From the NCBI RefSeq assembly GCF_017656055.1, contig NZ_CP069383.1, forward strand, positions 168,314 to 200,313: a stretch of DNA of 32,000 nt. Direction: 5' to 3'. Position numbers and translations under genes: made by a program. How positions within the stretch are numbered: position 1 is the stretch's first letter; each line of letters starts with the position of its first letter. This document shows, one piece after another, positions 29,904 to 32,000 of the stretch. The notes under the pieces were generated by a model. That model was not told the DNA's origin. It did no database searches and saw nothing but the letters and a program-made list of their open reading frames with translations. The stretch is from Candidatus Saccharimonadota bacterium (GTDB lineage: Bacteria; Pseudomonadota; Gammaproteobacteria; Enterobacterales; Enterobacteriaceae).

Positions 29904-30388
29904 ATGTCTTTTAATAAGCATTTTAATTTTTTATTGATTTTATTAATTTTTATAAATTATTTTTTGATTAAAAAAATAAAAAGTATAAATAATTTGATTT
30001 ATTTAATTTTATTTAGTTTTTTAGGAATGATTATTCCAGATATTGATCATAAAGGTTCTTATATTAATAAATATAATATTTTTATAAAAAGTATAAAAAA
30101 CATATTAAATCATAGAAGTTTTACTCATAGTTTTTTTTTTTATTATTAATAATATTATTTATTAAAATTGTATTTAATAATATTTTTATTATATTAGGAA
30201 TTATTATTGGTATAATTTCTCATTTAATTATAGATTTATTTACTCCTATGGGTATAGAAATTTTTTGGCCAATTAAAATTAAATTTAAAATAAATTATAA
30301 TATTATAAATAAATTTTTATATATATTTATATTTATGTTTTTATATATTATATTTAAAAGAACATTTATTTCAATGTTAAAAAAATAA
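29904..30388 (+). pseudogene. ydjM: YdjM/DUF457-family membrane-bound metal-dependent hydrolase, split by a -1 frame change inside a T11 tract (pseudogene or slippage-rescued gene)
   Basis: The first segment (29904..30149) carries 'IIPDIDHKGSYINK' and 'LNHRSFTHSFFF'. A second open segment in another frame (30131..30388) reads 'GIISHLIIDLFTPMGIEIFWPIKIKFKI'. Together these match E. coli YdjM 'LLPDIDHPKSFLGQ', 'FGHRGFTHSLLA' and 'GYLSHILADMLTPAGVPLLWPCRWRFRL' in order. The frames switch at T11 (30131..30141). Confidence 0.7.
30131..30141 (+). repeat. T11 homopolymer at the ydjM frame break
   Basis: The run length was cross-checked against the ORF-track codons (agt ttt ttt ttt tat tat taa ending at 30149). 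One extra T/U would fuse the two ydjM segments in frame. Confidence 0.85.
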
Positions 30389-30870
30389 TGAATATAATAT
30401 TAAGTATAGATCCAGGATATTTAAAAACAGGATTTAGTATAATTAAAGAAAATAGTAATAAAATATTTTATTTAAAGTATGGAATAATAAATTCTAAAGA
30501 GTTTGTTAATAAATTTGAAAAAATGAAATTTATATATAATGAAATTAATAAAATAATATTAAAGTTTAAACCTAAAGTATCTATAATAGAAAGTATATTT
30601 TTAGGTAAAAATTTTGATTCTATAATAAAATTAGATTTAGCAAGAAGTTCAATTATATTGTCATTAATAAATAAAAATATACCTATATATGAATATAATT
30701 CTAAAAAAGTAAAAAAAATTATTACAAATTTTGGAAATTGTAATAAAAATTTAATTAACAAAAAAATAATTAATATTTTTAATATAAAAAATAGATTATC
30801 TTATGATGAATCTGATGCTATAGCTATAGGTTTAGCTTATTTAGTAGACAAATTCAATTTTAAAATATAA
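30388..30870 (+). CDS. ruvC: Crossover junction endodeoxyribonuclease RuvC
   Basis: 160 aa. 'ILSIDPGYLKTGFSII' (catalytic Asp), 'IIESIFLGKNFDSIIKLDLARS' (Glu) and 'YDESDAIAIGLAYL' (two Asp) match RuvC 'ILGIDPGSRVTGYGVI', '[22 protein letters not shown]' and 'ADAADALAIAITH'. Confidence 0.87.
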   Translation: MNIILSIDPGYLKTGFSIIKENSNKIFYLKYGIINSKEFVNKFEKMKFIYNEINKIILKFKPKVSIIESIFLGKNFDSIIKLDLARSSIILSLINKNIPIYEYNSKKVKKIITNFGNCNKNLINKKIINIFNIKNRLSYDESDAIAIGLAYLVDKFNFKI

Positions 30871-30881
30871 AAGGTAGAAAA

Positions 30882-31901
30882 GTGCGATCTAAAATAATTA
30901 ATTTGATATTAATTATTTGTTATATTATAAAAATTTATATAATAAATAATAATAAATATGAAAAAAATTGTTTTAATAATAAAAATTTTAAAAATATAAA
31001 TTTAATAATTAATAATAATATAAAAAAAAAGTATATAATATTTAAAATAAAAAAAAATAATAATTTTAATAGTAATTTAAAAGATAAAATAAATAATTTG
31101 TATTTACATAATTATAATAATTTATATATCTATATAACAAATAAATATTTTATAAAAAAGATTATTATAGAAACTTTTAATAATAAAATTATATTTTATG
31201 AATTTAAAAATAAAAGTATATTTGAAATTATATTTATTAATATAAATCATAAAAATTATTTTTTTATAAAAAATGTATATTTTATAAATAAAAATTATAT
31301 TAATAATAATTTTTATATTTATTTTAATAACTTTTATAATAAAATTTATAAAATATGTTATATATATTTTTATAATAAAAATGATAATAATATTATTATA
31401 ATTTGTATAAGTATAAATAACTTATATAATAAGTATAGAGTATTAAAAATATATAAAAATTATTTTAATTTTAATTTAATAAAATTAAATATATTGAAAT
31501 ATAATAGATTTCCTATATATGGAAATTTAATAATTACTTCTTATTTTAATTTAAGAAGATTAAATCCTATTACTTATAGTAAAGTTCCTCATAAAGGTAT
31601 AGATATTTCTATACCTTTTTATACACCTATATTTGCTATAGAAAATGGTATAGTTATAAAAAAATCATATAATAAAAAAGCAGGTAATTATTTAATAATA
31701 AATCATAATAATTTTTATATTACTAAATATATGCATTTAAGTAAATCTTTTGTAAATAAAAGTAGAAATATAAAATTTGGTGATTTAATAGGTTTATCTG
31801 GAAATAGTGGAATGTCTACTGGACCACATTTGCATTTTGAAGTTTGGGTAAAAAAAAAAGTTTTGAATCCAATGAGTTTAAAATTTCAATTTAATTTTTA
31901 A
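30882..31901 (+). CDS. mepM: M23-family murein endopeptidase (MepM/YebA-like), with an N-terminal membrane anchor and a long low-complexity region
   Basis: 339 aa. 'HKGIDISIP' (HxxxD), 'TKYMHLSKS' and 'GLSGNSGMSTGPHLHFEVWVKKKVLNP' closely parallel E. coli MepM 'TRYMHL' and 'LSGNTGRSTGPHLHYEVW..AVNP'. There is no in-frame ATG, so the GTG at 30882, preceded by AAGG at 30871..30874, is the likely start. The N-terminus 'IINLILIICYIIKIYII' is hydrophobic. Confidence 0.8.
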   Translation: MRSKIINLILIICYIIKIYIINNNKYEKNCFNNKNFKNINLIINNNIKKKYIIFKIKKNNNFNSNLKDKINNLYLHNYNNLYIYITNKYFIKKIIIETFNNKIIFYEFKNKSIFEIIFININHKNYFFIKNVYFINKNYINNNFYIYFNNFYNKIYKICYIYFYNKNDNNIIIICISINNLYNKYRVLKIYKNYFNFNLIKLNILKYNRFPIYGNLIITSYFNLRRLNPITYSKVPHKGIDISIPFYTPIFAIENGIVIKKSYNKKAGNYLIINHNNFYITKYMHLSKSFVNKSRNIKFGDLIGLSGNSGMSTGPHLHFEVWVKKKVLNPMSLKFQFNF

Positions 31902-31912
31902 GAATATTAATT

Positions 31913-32000
31913 ATGTGTATAAATAAAAATAATTCTATATATAATATTATTAATAATATAAAAAATTTTTGGATAGAAAAGAATAATTTTATTAATATAA
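31913..32000 (+). CDS. 5' end of an unidentified ORF running off the window (tentatively glycine--tRNA ligase alpha subunit)
   Basis: ATG at 31913, open to the window end: 'MCINKNNSIYNIINNIKNFWIEKNNFINI'. An ungapped alignment places 'IINNIKNFWIEKNNFI' on the conserved GlyQ N-terminus 'LILTLQDYWARQGCTI', with Trp at the same position. Only 29 residues of low-complexity sequence are available, so this is weak. Confidence 0.3.
   Translation, partial: MCINKNNSIYNIINNIKNFWIEKNNFINI

Noticed and set aside
29817-29921. A 35-codon N-terminal extension of thrS, which would overlap the ydjM start on the other strand.
   Set aside because: The sequence 'MLIKRHNFIFIFFLFNIFTKYNILYYYTIKIIYFT' has no ThrRS homology. 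Homology begins right after the internal Met at 29816. Even the extended ORF would not restore the missing domains.
2439-30761. Antisense and embedded ORFs in the six-frame track: 2439..2624, 5446..5676, 6438..6626, 8613..8855, 9967..10176, 13480..13692, 15968..16333, 20983..21195, 25098..25292, 26579..26785, 28684..28944 and 30468..30761.
   Set aside because: Each lies entirely within or across a well-supported conserved gene on the opposite strand. Their products are F/I/Y/L-rich strings, as expected from reading K/N/I-rich codons backwards. None shows a recognisable motif.
1-32000. Promoter-like TATAAT/TTGACA hexamers and A/T-rich inverted repeats scattered throughout.
   Set aside because: At this base composition such hexamers and short A/T palindromes occur by chance every few dozen bases. 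Without transcript data none can be distinguished from background. No G+C-rich stem followed by a T-run, the signature of an intrinsic terminator, was seen.
1-32000. CRISPR arrays, tandem repeats, IS elements, prophage, toxin-antitoxin or defence loci.
   Set aside because: Nothing beyond low-complexity A/T runs and Lys/Asn codon repeats was found. Every ORF longer than 60 aa that is not antisense noise is assigned to a conserved housekeeping family. About 98% of the window is accounted for by those genes.
31913-32000. Calling the terminal partial ORF lpxM on the basis of synteny with E. coli mepM-lpxM and the shared 'KNNS.Y' at residues 5-10.
   Set aside because: K/N-rich matches are expected by chance here. 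The Trp spacing fits GlyQ better. Lipid A late acyltransferases are unlikely to survive in a genome this reduced. The ORF is left unassigned, with GlyQ only as a tentative suggestion.

Overview
This window is an extremely A+T-rich (by eye well over 80% A+T, not computed), almost gap-free piece of a highly reduced gammaproteobacterial genome. It looks like an obligate insect endosymbiont of the Carsonella type. Other tiny-genome gammaproteobacterial symbionts such as Nardonella cannot be excluded, because no rRNA lies in the window. The genetic code appears standard: no conserved gene has an internal TGA, and the conserved Trp codons I checked are TGG.

On the + strand, 1..18945 is one uninterrupted co-directional array: rpoC (5'-truncated by the window edge), rpsL-rpsG-fusA, then the S10, spc and alpha ribosomal-protein clusters with secY, rpmJ and rpoA, ending at rplQ. 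It is followed by rsmB-fmt-def (-), aroE (+), and thrS-infC-rpmI-rplT-pheS-pheT-sufS-sufE (-). Next comes a ydjM-like membrane hydrolase gene split by a frameshift in a T11 tract (+), then ruvC (+), an M23 (MepM-like) peptidase (+), and the first 29 codons of another ORF.

By my gene calls only about 500 nt (~1.6%) is non-coding, and 12 gene junctions overlap. I see no tRNA, rRNA, CRISPR, mobile element, defence island or other accessory cargo, and I found no convincing novel multi-gene system.

What deserves a second look are signatures of extreme reduction:
- a ThrRS lacking its whole N-terminal TGS/editing region
- the homopolymer-split ydjM
- 12-15 nt in-frame poly(A) tracts inside essential genes
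- convergent genes with overlapping 3' ends
- loss of tufA, rpmD and all operon leader/attenuator regions
- an orphan sufSE pair
- deletion-collapsed, E. coli-like synteny
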